IMG/VR virus record: IMGVR_UViG_3300025141_000158
Coordinates: 1-48,917 of that record
Strand: one strand, 5' to 3'
DNA length: 48,917 nt
From: a virus
Taxonomy: Duplodnaviria; Caudoviricetes
Position 1 is the stretch's first letter; each line of letters starts with the position of its first letter. The notes beneath the pieces are model-generated. The model saw nothing but the letters and a program-made list of their open reading frames with translations, was not told the origin of the DNA and searched no databases. Position numbers and translations under genes: made by a program. Positions 8,022-17,293 of this stretch are shown in pieces.

Positions 8022-10408
8022 CCGATGCACCTTATGTTGCGGGTAGTCCCTTTGAGAAAATAGCTATTGTAGGGGAATATCCAGGTGCTGAAGAAGAACG
8101 CTGTGGGGGTGCGTTCGTAGGTAAGGCAGGACAACTACTAACAGAACTCTTACAACATGCAGGAATAAGTAGACAGCAGTGTTACTTAGATAACGTGTTC
8201 CAATTCAGGCCTGCACGAAATGATATAAGCCCGTTCTTACGAGTACAAGAAGGTAAGACAAGAGAAAGTGCTGAGTACCATACTAACCGAGAACAACTAC
8301 GACAACGCTTATCAGACAGTAAGGCTAACGTCATTGTTGCTTTAGGTAACGTGTCTCTTTATACTTTGACAGGAAAGACTAACGTAACAAAACAACGAGG
8401 CTCTATACTTGAAAGCACCTTACTTCCCGGTAAGAAAGTTATTCCTGTAATACACCCAAGCGCTGCTCTACGTGAGTTCCTGTTCCGTTACTTTATTGTG
8501 AATGACTTCTTACGTGTTCGCAAGGAAAGTGAATTTCCAGAGCTAAGAATTAGAAACAGGCATCTTGTTCTTAACCCATCAATGGAAGATGTTGAACAGT
8601 TCATTGCACGTTGTCGTACGTTAAATCGTATAGCATATGATATTGAAGTTCGGGGCATGGAGATGAGTCACATAGCTATAGCCTCTGAACCTAATATGAG
8701 TGTGTGTATTCCTTTTGTTAATGGACAAGCAGACTATTGGAACCCTGAGCAAGAGGCTCACATCATGTGTCTGTTGGCTGATCTGTTGGAAGACCCTAAT
8801 GTGGAAAAGATAGGCCAGAACTTATCTTTTGACGCTACCTTTCTGTACTCTAAGTATGGTATAGTAGGATCACCATTGCAGGACACAATGATAGCTGCAG
8901 GGATTCTCTATCCTGACTTTCCTAAAGGACTAGACTTTCTTGTTGCTCAGTACTGTGATGGGGAACCGTACTATAAGGATGACGGCAAGGAATGGTTCAA
9001 GAATCCATTCGGCAGTGAGGAAGTATTCAGACGCTACAATGCTATGGACAGTGCTGTTCTCATGGAAATCTTTCCTAAACAAGAAGAAGAACTAAAGAAG
9101 CAAGGTAACTTTGATGCGTATGAGAAACAGCGTTCCCTTCTCCATCCACTAGTCTATGCAGGTAACAAAGGTATAAGGATGGATACAGAGGCTATGAATG
9201 ATGCCTCTATGGAGTGCTCCCGTAAAATCTCAGCACTACAAGAAGAACTAAATGAAATAGCAGGTAGGGAACTTAATCCCAATAGTCCTAAGCAACTAAA
9301 GGAATATTTCTATATCGAGAAACGTCAAAGAGCTTACACAAGGAATGGTAATATAACTGTGGATGATAAGGCACTTAAGCGTATGAGTGCTAAAGGAATG
9401 AAAGAAGCAGATATAATACTTGAACTGCGTAAGGAACGTAAGATGCAAGGTACGTACTATGAAATGAAGCTAGACGAGGATAATCGTTTACGCTGTTCAT
9501 TCAACCCTGTAGGCACTGCTCAAGGTCGTATCAGTAGCTCCAAGACAATACGCGGAACTGGTGCTAATCTTCAGAACCAACCATGGCAGATGAACTCACT
9601 GATGCTTGCGGATGATGGTTATATCTTAATCAATCAAGACTTAGGACAAGCAGAAAATCGCGTAGTTGCATTTGTTAGTGGAGAGAATAAGATGATGCGA
9701 GCTTTTGAAGAAGGCATTGATATTCATACACAAACAGCTAGTATGATATATGAGCTACAACCTGAGGATGTAACTAAGGATCAAAGGGATTGGGGTAAGC
9801 GTGCTAACCATGGACTCAACTATGATCTTGGCTATAGAAGTTTTGCCCTCTACTATCAGACCACAGAAAAAGAAGCAAAGAACATTGTAGAGCGCTATCA
9901 CCACATCTATAAAGGTGTGCGTGAATGGCACGCTACAGTACGTGAAGAACTAAGCAGAAGTAACAAGACACTAACAAATTGTTTCGGGCGTAAGAGGACG
10001 TTTCTTGATCGCTGGGGACATGATCTATTTAAAGTCGCTTATTCCTACATACCACAATCTACTATCGCAGAACTAATGAACACATACGGAGTCTGTTTTC
10101 TATACGAACGTCAAGATCTTTTTCCAGAAGTTCAATTCCTTAACACTATCCATGATAGTATTCGTTATCAAATTCCCTTATCAGTAGGGAATGAACGTAT
10201 AATAGAAATTATCAAGACAGTAAAGGAAAGTTTAGAACATGAGTTAGAATGGAGAGGAAAGACCTTTTCTATTCCTGTTGATACTGAACTAGGGTTTACA
10301 TTCAATAAAACAACTATGATTGAATGGAACGCTAAAAAGGTTGATACTGTAAGTGTGGGTGATTTATCTGTGGAGCTGGAAAATTATGTCGAAAAGAGTG
10401 CTCAATGA
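8018..10408 (+). CDS. polA: Family A DNA polymerase with an N-terminal uracil-DNA-glycosylase-like domain and a 3'-5' exonuclease
   Basis: VGEYPGAEE..GGAFVGKAG and HPSAALR (UDG family 4-like); YDIE, NLSFD, YNAMD (exo); GRISS, NLQN, DLGQAENR, KRANHGLNY, IHDS (PolA). Confidence 0.93.
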   Translation: MTDAPYVAGSPFEKIAIVGEYPGAEEERCGGAFVGKAGQLLTELLQHAGISRQQCYLDNVFQFRPARNDISPFLRVQEGKTRESAEYHTNREQLRQRLSDSKANVIVALGNVSLYTLTGKTNVTKQRGSILESTLLPGKKVIPVIHPSAALREFLFRYFIVNDFLRVRKESEFPELRIRNRHLVLNPSMEDVEQFIARCRTLNRIAYDIEVRGMEMSHIAIASEPNMSVCIPFVNGQADYWNPEQEAHIMCLLADLLEDPNVEKIGQNLSFDATFLYSKYGIVGSPLQDTMIAAGILYPDFPKGLDFLVAQYCDGEPYYKDDGKEWFKNPFGSEEVFRRYNAMDSAVLMEIFPKQEEELKKQGNFDAYEKQRSLLHPLVYAGNKGIRMDTEAMNDASMECSRKISALQEELNEIAGRELNPNSPKQLKEYFYIEKRQRAYTRNGNITVDDKALKRMSAKGMKEADIILELRKERKMQGTYYEMKLDEDNRLRCSFNPVGTAQGRISSSKTIRGTGANLQNQPWQMNSLMLADDGYILINQDLGQAENRVVAFVSGENKMMRAFEEGIDIHTQTASMIYELQPEDVTKDQRDWGKRANHGLNYDLGYRSFALYYQTTEKEAKNIVERYHHIYKGVREWHATVREELSRSNKTLTNCFGRKRTFLDRWGHDLFKVAYSYIPQSTIAELMNTYGVCFLYERQDLFPEVQFLNTIHDSIRYQIPLSVGNERIIEIIKTVKESLEHELEWRGKTFSIPVDTELGFTFNKTTMIEWNAKKVDTVSVGDLSVELENYVEKSAQ

Positions 10409-11549
10409 TTGGGTAGACTCGTACATGGAGTTTACCGAGAACACTGAGCCTCCTATTGGATTTAGACGTTGGGTTGCTCTATCAACCATAGCAAGTGTTA
10501 TGGAACGTAAATGTGTTCTGCAGTGGGGAACAGAGACATTCTATCCTAATATGTTTATTGTGCTTGTCGGACCTCCTGCAGCCCGTAAAGGAACTGCAAT
10601 GAGAGTCGGCAAATCATTCTTAGATGCTTTAGGTATAGCGGCTGCTAGTGATGAATCTAGTCGCCAGAAATTAATAAAGAGTTTACAAGAGAGTGCAGCT
10701 GTGGATCAAACAGAAGATAGTACTATGATACACCATTCTAGTATGACAATCCACAGTAGTGAGTTAACAGTATTTCTTGGTTATGGCTCAAGAGAGATGT
10801 TATCAATGCTTTGTAAATGGTATGACTGCGAGGGGCGTTATACTTATGACACTCATGCAAGGGGAAAGGAAGAAATACCAAATGTTTGGGTTCACTTATT
10901 GGGAGCGACTACGCCAGGTCAACTACGTGCGGCTCTGCCTGAAGATGCTGTCGGGAGTGGGTTTACTAGTAGGGTTGTATTTGTATATGAAGAAAAGAAA
11001 GGCAAGACAGTTCTCAAGCCTAGCCTCACAGATGAACAGGCCAGACTTGGAGAACTACTTGCACAAGATTTAGCTGAGATTAGAAATCTAGTTGGAGACT
11101 TTATTCCCACAGAAGAGTACGAGGAGCGGTATTATAAGTGGTATGCAGATAGTGAGAGTAGGCAAATCTTTGTTGATCCTCGTCTTGATTACTATGTGCA
11201 GAGGCGACCAACACACTTGTTTAAATTATCCATGCTCTGCTGTGCTAGTCGAGGTAATTCTAAGTTACTTGAGTTAGAAGATTTAGAAAGGGCTATATCA
11301 TATTTAGATACTGCAGAAGAAAGTATGCCACAAGTGTTTGCAGGAGTAGGTGCTAATCCTTTAGCGGCTGTGCAATCAAGGTTATCAACCGTTGTTGAGC
11401 AATTTCAAAGTGTCCCAATCTCTACTGTTGCTCAGATGTTTGCGGATGATGCCAGTGCCACACAACTACTTGAGGCTATACAAGCATTACAACAGCAAGG
11501 AAAAATAACACATGACCTTTCAGCACAGAAGCTAAGATGGAACAACTAA
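10386..11549 (+). CDS. DUF3987/YfjI-like P-loop NTPase, candidate replicative helicase
   Basis: GPPAARKGT Walker A; SSEL Walker B-like; LLGATT; GFTSR; start 10386 has a GGAG SD-like site. Confidence 0.7.
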   Translation: MSKRVLNDWVDSYMEFTENTEPPIGFRRWVALSTIASVMERKCVLQWGTETFYPNMFIVLVGPPAARKGTAMRVGKSFLDALGIAAASDESSRQKLIKSLQESAAVDQTEDSTMIHHSSMTIHSSELTVFLGYGSREMLSMLCKWYDCEGRYTYDTHARGKEEIPNVWVHLLGATTPGQLRAALPEDAVGSGFTSRVVFVYEEKKGKTVLKPSLTDEQARLGELLAQDLAEIRNLVGDFIPTEEYEERYYKWYADSESRQIFVDPRLDYYVQRRPTHLFKLSMLCCASRGNSKLLELEDLERAISYLDTAEESMPQVFAGVGANPLAAVQSRLSTVVEQFQSVPISTVAQMFADDASATQLLEAIQALQQQGKITHDLSAQKLRWNN

Positions 11550-11572
11550 CTGTGTTGCATATTGATACACAG
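11550..11572. promoter_or_regulatory. 23-bp palindromic parS-like site, copy 2
   Basis: CTGTGTTGCATATTGATACACAG, immediately after the stop codon. Confidence 0.75.
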
Positions 11573-11674
11573 ACATAACGCACCAGATGTCACCAGATCG
11601 TCTAACTAGTCTAAGATATATATCGACATAGGGGACTATGTTTAAACCCACCAGAACGCAAACCAGAGGATAGA

Positions 11675-12046
11675 ATGGACATCAAGGAAATCAAAACACG
11701 ATCACAATTACTAATCGTACTAGCGGAATTAAAAGATTATTGTGACCCACTTAAAATGATAGGCCCGACACCATTAGAAGATCAAATAAAGAAGTGGTTA
11801 CGAGAATTAAAACGTGAAGAATACATAGAAACTAACAGACCTTTACTCTGGTTAGTAGACACTCCTGCTCCACAAGTTCGCATAACTCCGATAGGAAGGC
11901 GTATTGCGTTCCGAGAATATTTAAAGCTATTGCCTGAAATAAGTGATGAGGAATTTACAGAGACTATAATGTCCCTCTGCCTATCTCGTGGTAAGCTAGT
12001 ACAAAGGGACATAAGTTACAGACTCTCTGATGCTATTATGGATTAG
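11675..12046 (+). CDS. Hypothetical protein (last gene of the + arm)
   Basis: GAGG SD; converges on the - arm. Confidence 0.7.
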   Translation: MDIKEIKTRSQLLIVLAELKDYCDPLKMIGPTPLEDQIKKWLRELKREEYIETNRPLLWLVDTPAPQVRITPIGRRIAFREYLKLLPEISDEEFTETIMSLCLSRGKLVQRDISYRLSDAIMD

Positions 12047-15000
12047 GGTGAGTCACCAAGTTTTTTGCTTGGGCGACCTTCCATTTCATCCATATACTCA
12101 TCCCAGTTTTCTACTGGGTCTCTTTCTTCTTCGGCCCGTTCTTCAGCTTGTTCTAGACGTTTTTCATAGTTTCTTATCATTTGTACGTCTTGAAAGTTTT
12201 TACCTCTTAACACGCGCCTTAGATCGTGTGGCCTAGCTGTAAGACCAAAAGTACTTAACCACCAATACCCTGTTCTATTAGGTTGAGATTTTTGTGCTTC
12301 AAACTCTTGTGGACGTAACAAATACCTATCTATCGGAGGAGCTATATTTCTTATTGCACTACGAGCAAAACGACTCATCTTAGGAGCTTTCTTAAATCCT
12401 AATTTTTTCCAGAACCAATCACTAATAGGCCGTCCTTTATAGTCAGTTATACCAGTAGGATCTTCTACCATTGGTGATTGCCAACGTACACTACGATCTT
12501 CTTCACCTGGGTATCTTTCTATTGGAGTTCCTGTAAATAACTGCTCACCTGTTGTCCATTCATATATAGTTTTAGGTAGTGGATTCATAGAAGAAAGAAC
12601 GTCTCTAGCGTTCATTTTATTAATTTCTAGTATCGGTAAATCAGCAGTCATAAAGACAGGATAACCATCTTCATCCATGTAAGGTATCTGCGTGGCTTGC
12701 ACTTCATCATAGTAATCAGGCTCAGCCATGCCTGTTGGGATACCTTCATCTTCCGCCCAGTTTTTAAGCATTTCTTGCGTTTTAGGTAGAACCGCTACAC
12801 GACCGGGACTTTCAATTACAGACATTATCATGCGAGGCATAGCAAACCTAGTCCAAGCATAAAACGGCATAGCAGCTGCAAATAATTTCTTTTCTACTTG
12901 CGACAGCTTTCTATAATCAAAGTGCCATTTCTTTGTATCTAAAGCAGCAGCGTCTAAAGTGTCACCTTTAACTAGACGATCTATGAACAGTGCTAATCTA
13001 CCATTATTTTCTGGTATTGTAGCAAGCGCTCTGTTCGCTTTAATAAGTGCGTTATTACTACCGATCAACATATCAGCTGTTTGTCCTACTGTTCTGCTTG
13101 CTTTTTGGGTGGACTCAAAAGCGGCAATAGTCATAGGATCTAAATCTTCAAACTCATCTAACTTTTTAGGGTTAACAGTTTTTTGGACTCCTCTCCATGC
13201 AAACTGTATAGCATCACTAGCACTAAACGGATCATCGGGATCTAGTAGTTTTGACACCCCAGTTGTTTTACCTTGCCCTATAGCAATAGTTTGTGGAACA
13301 TCATACTCTTGTGCTAATTTAGCTATCTGTGAAGCTGTTACTTTACCTTTCTTTTTCATTCCAGGCAACTTCATTTCGGGCATTCCAACAGCATCAAAAT
13401 TTTTATATCCTGCTTTTTTAGCCAGCTTATTAAATTGTCTCCCTACAGATAACGGTAACTCTCCAACACCTTCTAATGCCATTTGCACTTTAAGTGCTTG
13501 CGCATGCCTTACAGCCATGCCCCTAACATTAAATAAACCGGTAAAAGATATTCCTTTTTTCGTTAGACCTATTTTATCTAAAGGAACTTTATATTCTTTA
13601 GCTCCTACGCCACGTATGTAATTCATAGATAACATACCTTGAAAGTTACGAATATGATAGCCCGGACTCAAGGTTGCCCACCCACGCCACGGTGATGTAA
13701 AAGCCTCAGTCCAATCAAGAAATTCAGTTATCTTATTTGGTTGTGACCAAGCGGCATCACCCCGAGCCAAATGTTCCACAACCTCTGTAGGTAATGTATA
13801 TGCTCCTATTACTTCATCTTTCAAATCACCAGTCACTTCATCTAATGTTTTTCGTTTTACTTCAAAGACGGACATCTTACCGCCCTGATCTTGTAATTCT
13901 TTCTTTAACTTCTCCATCTCACCTTTATTGTTTGCCACCACATCATCTATCTTTGTTGAGAATCTAGTTCCATCAGCTAACACGGCGTCACTGTTAAGAA
14001 CTGCATCATTTAATTGTTTAGTAGATGTCCATCTAGCATGGTCAAATGACCTACGTTTTAACAGGTTATCAAGATTAAGTTCTGTACTTTCTAACGATCC
14101 TTCTAAAACTCTTTTCATTCGTTCTTCGTTATTAAGCGTCTTTCTCTTTTGTGCAAAGCCTACTTTTTCTGTGCCTGTAGCAAGAGTTTCTTTGGCTGAA
14201 AATTTAGCTTGTCCTTTTCTCGCTGCTGGATCAAAGGCAAAGTAACCAGGCATGTAATTGTCTCTAAAAGCTCTTTTATTTAATAATCCCATAGAGACTT
14301 CTTCCTCAAACAAGTTTTTAGTAAATTTACCAATAGCCGTTATAGTACCATCCATATCAGCTAATCGTGATTCAGGTATAACACCTTTGCTTACTAATTT
14401 TCTAATTTCTTGTTTAAGTTTTGTTGGCTGGTCATACCATAATCCCCATGCAATAAGCTCATCAGGACTCATCTTTCCTGTGATCTCATCTACTTGCCCA
14501 ACAAGATCGTGATACTTACGTTGTATCCCTGCTTCAGCATAGTCACGTTTACGTAAGTAATCTAAACCACCCTCACCTAAATCTTGTATAGCAGCTTGTG
14601 GTCTAAACACCATGTTAAAGCCTTTACCAAGTGGACCTGTAGCCTTGAGTCCTGCTCTAGCTCCTTTTCCAAGTTGTCTTGCAATAAAAGCACCAGGTAC
14701 TAAATTAAGGGGATCAACTATCATATCCATAGCAAACCCAAGACCTGTTACAATTCTACTGTCTTTTTCCATGCCAGAGTTCTCAAGTGTTTTTTTCCAA
14801 TCCATTCTTTTTCTGCCTTTATACGACCAATCAGGCTCAAGGAACTCAGGAAGAAATACATTGATTAATTCATTTGACGCATCACCAGCTTCTCTTGTTG
14901 CATTTTTTAGTGCGTCTCCCCAATTAATATCTTGATTTACTACATCATCAACTAATCTAGTAGTAAAGTATTGCCCTGCTGAAAGAGCATCAAATACAGA

Positions 15001-15417
15001 ATTAAGCCTACGTTCTTGGTCATGTTGCATACTGTGTTCATTAGTGGCTATGTATTCATTAAGCTCATCAATATCACCACGATTGATTGCCTCACCTTTT
15101 GCTCTGTTTATTTCCGAAGCAGCTCTCAGGTCAGCTTGACCTTCTATAACGGTAGGTTGATAAGTAGAAGGAAGGCCTAAGTCAAACTGAGGCAAAAAAG
15201 GTAACCCTGTAAAGCCCGCGTCTTTCCTTTTTATCTTATTCATTTCAGCAACAAAACTATTTAATCCTTCAGCTCCTCTACCCGCATAAGGGCCAGGTAA
15301 ATTTTCATCCTCATCTGCTTCTATTTTTAGTTGGTTTCCTATTTGTTCTAATGTAGACCCTTCTGTTTTGCCAAAGTACTTTAATAAATCAGGGTCATTA
15401 GCAATGTTAATCGGCAT
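12043..15417 (-). CDS. Large internal virion/ejection protein (C-terminus resembles LPD38-type large polyvalent domains)
   Basis: 1124 aa at the end of the structural arm; HFDY..LS..EK...MPFYAW and NP..K...E...G...FTG..I motifs. Confidence 0.65.
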   Translation of the reverse strand: MPINIANDPDLLKYFGKTEGSTLEQIGNQLKIEADEDENLPGPYAGRGAEGLNSFVAEMNKIKRKDAGFTGLPFLPQFDLGLPSTYQPTVIEGQADLRAASEINRAKGEAINRGDIDELNEYIATNEHSMQHDQERRLNSVFDALSAGQYFTTRLVDDVVNQDINWGDALKNATREAGDASNELINVFLPEFLEPDWSYKGRKRMDWKKTLENSGMEKDSRIVTGLGFAMDMIVDPLNLVPGAFIARQLGKGARAGLKATGPLGKGFNMVFRPQAAIQDLGEGGLDYLRKRDYAEAGIQRKYHDLVGQVDEITGKMSPDELIAWGLWYDQPTKLKQEIRKLVSKGVIPESRLADMDGTITAIGKFTKNLFEEEVSMGLLNKRAFRDNYMPGYFAFDPAARKGQAKFSAKETLATGTEKVGFAQKRKTLNNEERMKRVLEGSLESTELNLDNLLKRRSFDHARWTSTKQLNDAVLNSDAVLADGTRFSTKIDDVVANNKGEMEKLKKELQDQGGKMSVFEVKRKTLDEVTGDLKDEVIGAYTLPTEVVEHLARGDAAWSQPNKITEFLDWTEAFTSPWRGWATLSPGYHIRNFQGMLSMNYIRGVGAKEYKVPLDKIGLTKKGISFTGLFNVRGMAVRHAQALKVQMALEGVGELPLSVGRQFNKLAKKAGYKNFDAVGMPEMKLPGMKKKGKVTASQIAKLAQEYDVPQTIAIGQGKTTGVSKLLDPDDPFSASDAIQFAWRGVQKTVNPKKLDEFEDLDPMTIAAFESTQKASRTVGQTADMLIGSNNALIKANRALATIPENNGRLALFIDRLVKGDTLDAAALDTKKWHFDYRKLSQVEKKLFAAAMPFYAWTRFAMPRMIMSVIESPGRVAVLPKTQEMLKNWAEDEGIPTGMAEPDYYDEVQATQIPYMDEDGYPVFMTADLPILEINKMNARDVLSSMNPLPKTIYEWTTGEQLFTGTPIERYPGEEDRSVRWQSPMVEDPTGITDYKGRPISDWFWKKLGFKKAPKMSRFARSAIRNIAPPIDRYLLRPQEFEAQKSQPNRTGYWWLSTFGLTARPHDLRRVLRGKNFQDVQMIRNYEKRLEQAEERAEEERDPVENWDEYMDEMEGRPSKKLGDSP

Positions 15418-15428
15418 AGTGAATCCTT

Positions 15429-17276
15429 TTATCCTTGTGTAACAGTTTGTGTTGCAGATGGTTGAACAGTAGTAGAATCAGGTAAAAAAGGTGGAGGTTC
15501 TAGCGGTGCTGGCACTTCTTTAAGCATAGGCTCTACAGGATCAACAGCTCTTAATTTAGGAACTCCTTTACTGTCGATAATAAGTTCTATTCCATACTTT
15601 GCTAGTGTTGTTTCTATTACTGGCTTATCAGCTCGGGGATCTGTATAAGCCCGCTTAAGACCGGCAGCCAATAATGTCCGCCTCTCTGGAGCAATGTCAT
15701 CTAAGTGTACCCCTGCTCCTTCACTGAGATCATAACCTGCAAAGGGGCTGGACGCCATAGTAAAATACGCATCAATTACAGCAGCATCATCGGGTATAAC
15801 TATTTTCCCAGCTCTTTCTCGCTCCTCTTTTGCTTCCTCTGAATAAGAAACTTGTAAACCAGTACTTGAAGTTGTTGGAGCTTTACTGTCTGGTGATTCA
15901 CCTGTTTTTATTTGTCGCTCTGTCATAACAGTGGCAAGTTGATCTAAATGAATGTCTTGAATATTTGGAATGGGGCCTTTTAATATTTTTAAAAGATCAT
16001 CAGGCATATTATCTTTAAGAGATTCTGCTAAGGTACCTATTCCTGTTGCCTTACCACCATAAAATTTTCCTAAGACTTCTTGACCTGTATTACGCAAGTT
16101 TGCCAGAGCTTCATCCGACGTATAAAGATCTATAACTGTTTTTAAGTTAGCTGTTTTATTGTTGTTCTTATTTTTAAAAGAGTCCTGCTGATACATCGGC
16201 AGTGAACTCTCAACTAAAGCTTGTGCGTTTGGATTTCCTTTAAGTTCTTTCATCAAATTCTCTGATGCCTTAGTTACCATAGCAGGATCACCAGTAGCCG
16301 CAGCTGATTTCATCATACTTTGTATATAATTAATATCAACTAATGCTTCTGCTTGGTTTTTAGTTGTAGCTTCTCGCATAACTTCAGGTAACATAAACTT
16401 TAATTGTCGATTTGTATAAGAATAAGGGCTAGTCATTATTTCTAAAAAGCCGTCAACAGTTCTACCTCCAGAATCCCACTCAGCATACATCTCATCAAAA
16501 GCTGCTTCATCATAATCTCTACGCATATGTTTTACTTTACGCATAGCACGCTCTGTTTTTTCTCCGCCTTCACCTTCCTTATAGAGATTTGCGTATAAAC
16601 CTTTTAGCTTATCATAAATCATTTCTCGAGCAGCTATACTATTACCTATATTTTCGCTCATTAACTCATTAAGAACAGGGCTAATACGATTTAATTGTGC
16701 TAATCTCCTGACTTGTTCATCTTCAGCTATTTTTAATTGAAGTTTCCTAAACTCCGCATCTGTCATGTCGGCTTTAAGACCTGCGGATAAGTCTTCAAAA
16801 TCTTCGCCTTCTATTAACGCACGAGACGTACCAAGATCTCGTACATCTGTAGTTGCTTCTGTTACTGCTTGTGTTATTCCTGCTGAAGTAGTCACATCAA
16901 AAGCCGTAGAGCCTTGACCAGTGACTGTTTGATTAGGCCCTGTAGCTCCACCTGCTCTTGTTATAGCTGGAGACACTTGTCCCATAGTTTGTCTGGAAGC
17001 TCGGTCATCCATTCCTGCTATATTTTCATCCATAACCGTTCTAAAGTCCTCATCTATAATACCACTTCCTACCCCCTGTTCAAATAAAGCATAAGCACCT
17101 TCACGGTTATTCGGTAGAAGGGTAAGGATTCTATTTTCAGCTGCACTTTTATTTGCCTGTTGCTGTTGTCTATTAATTCTTTGTTCCCGCCCAATCTGCA
17201 TACCCATACGCATTCCAGGCTCCATACCTTCAGCAAAGCCAGTGCCGAAGCGGGATAACTTATCCACAAAACCCAT
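15429..17276 (-). CDS. Putative internal virion/ejection protein
   Basis: GTGFAEG N-terminus; helical composition; position; AGGAG SD. Confidence 0.6.
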   Translation of the reverse strand: MGFVDKLSRFGTGFAEGMEPGMRMGMQIGREQRINRQQQQANKSAAENRILTLLPNNREGAYALFEQGVGSGIIDEDFRTVMDENIAGMDDRASRQTMGQVSPAITRAGGATGPNQTVTGQGSTAFDVTTSAGITQAVTEATTDVRDLGTSRALIEGEDFEDLSAGLKADMTDAEFRKLQLKIAEDEQVRRLAQLNRISPVLNELMSENIGNSIAAREMIYDKLKGLYANLYKEGEGGEKTERAMRKVKHMRRDYDEAAFDEMYAEWDSGGRTVDGFLEIMTSPYSYTNRQLKFMLPEVMREATTKNQAEALVDINYIQSMMKSAAATGDPAMVTKASENLMKELKGNPNAQALVESSLPMYQQDSFKNKNNNKTANLKTVIDLYTSDEALANLRNTGQEVLGKFYGGKATGIGTLAESLKDNMPDDLLKILKGPIPNIQDIHLDQLATVMTERQIKTGESPDSKAPTTSSTGLQVSYSEEAKEERERAGKIVIPDDAAVIDAYFTMASSPFAGYDLSEGAGVHLDDIAPERRTLLAAGLKRAYTDPRADKPVIETTLAKYGIELIIDSKGVPKLRAVDPVEPMLKEVPAPLEPPPFLPDSTTVQPSATQTVTQG

Positions 17277-17293
17277 TATTTATCTCCTATTAG

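Noticed and set aside
8018-10408. DpoZ/Z-genome or other modified-base system
   Set aside because: No purZ, datZ, thymidylate-synthase-like or nucleotide kinase genes recognised
12959-14935. Long + strand ORFs opposite the late genes (also 35117-35711, 41423-41869 and others)
   Set aside because: Antisense shadows of real - strand genes; no SD or recognisable motifs
15447-15469. Possible eighth palindrome copy (TTGTGTTGCAGATGGTTGAACAG)
   Set aside because: Lies within coding sequence and the right half-site is poor; needs PWM scoring
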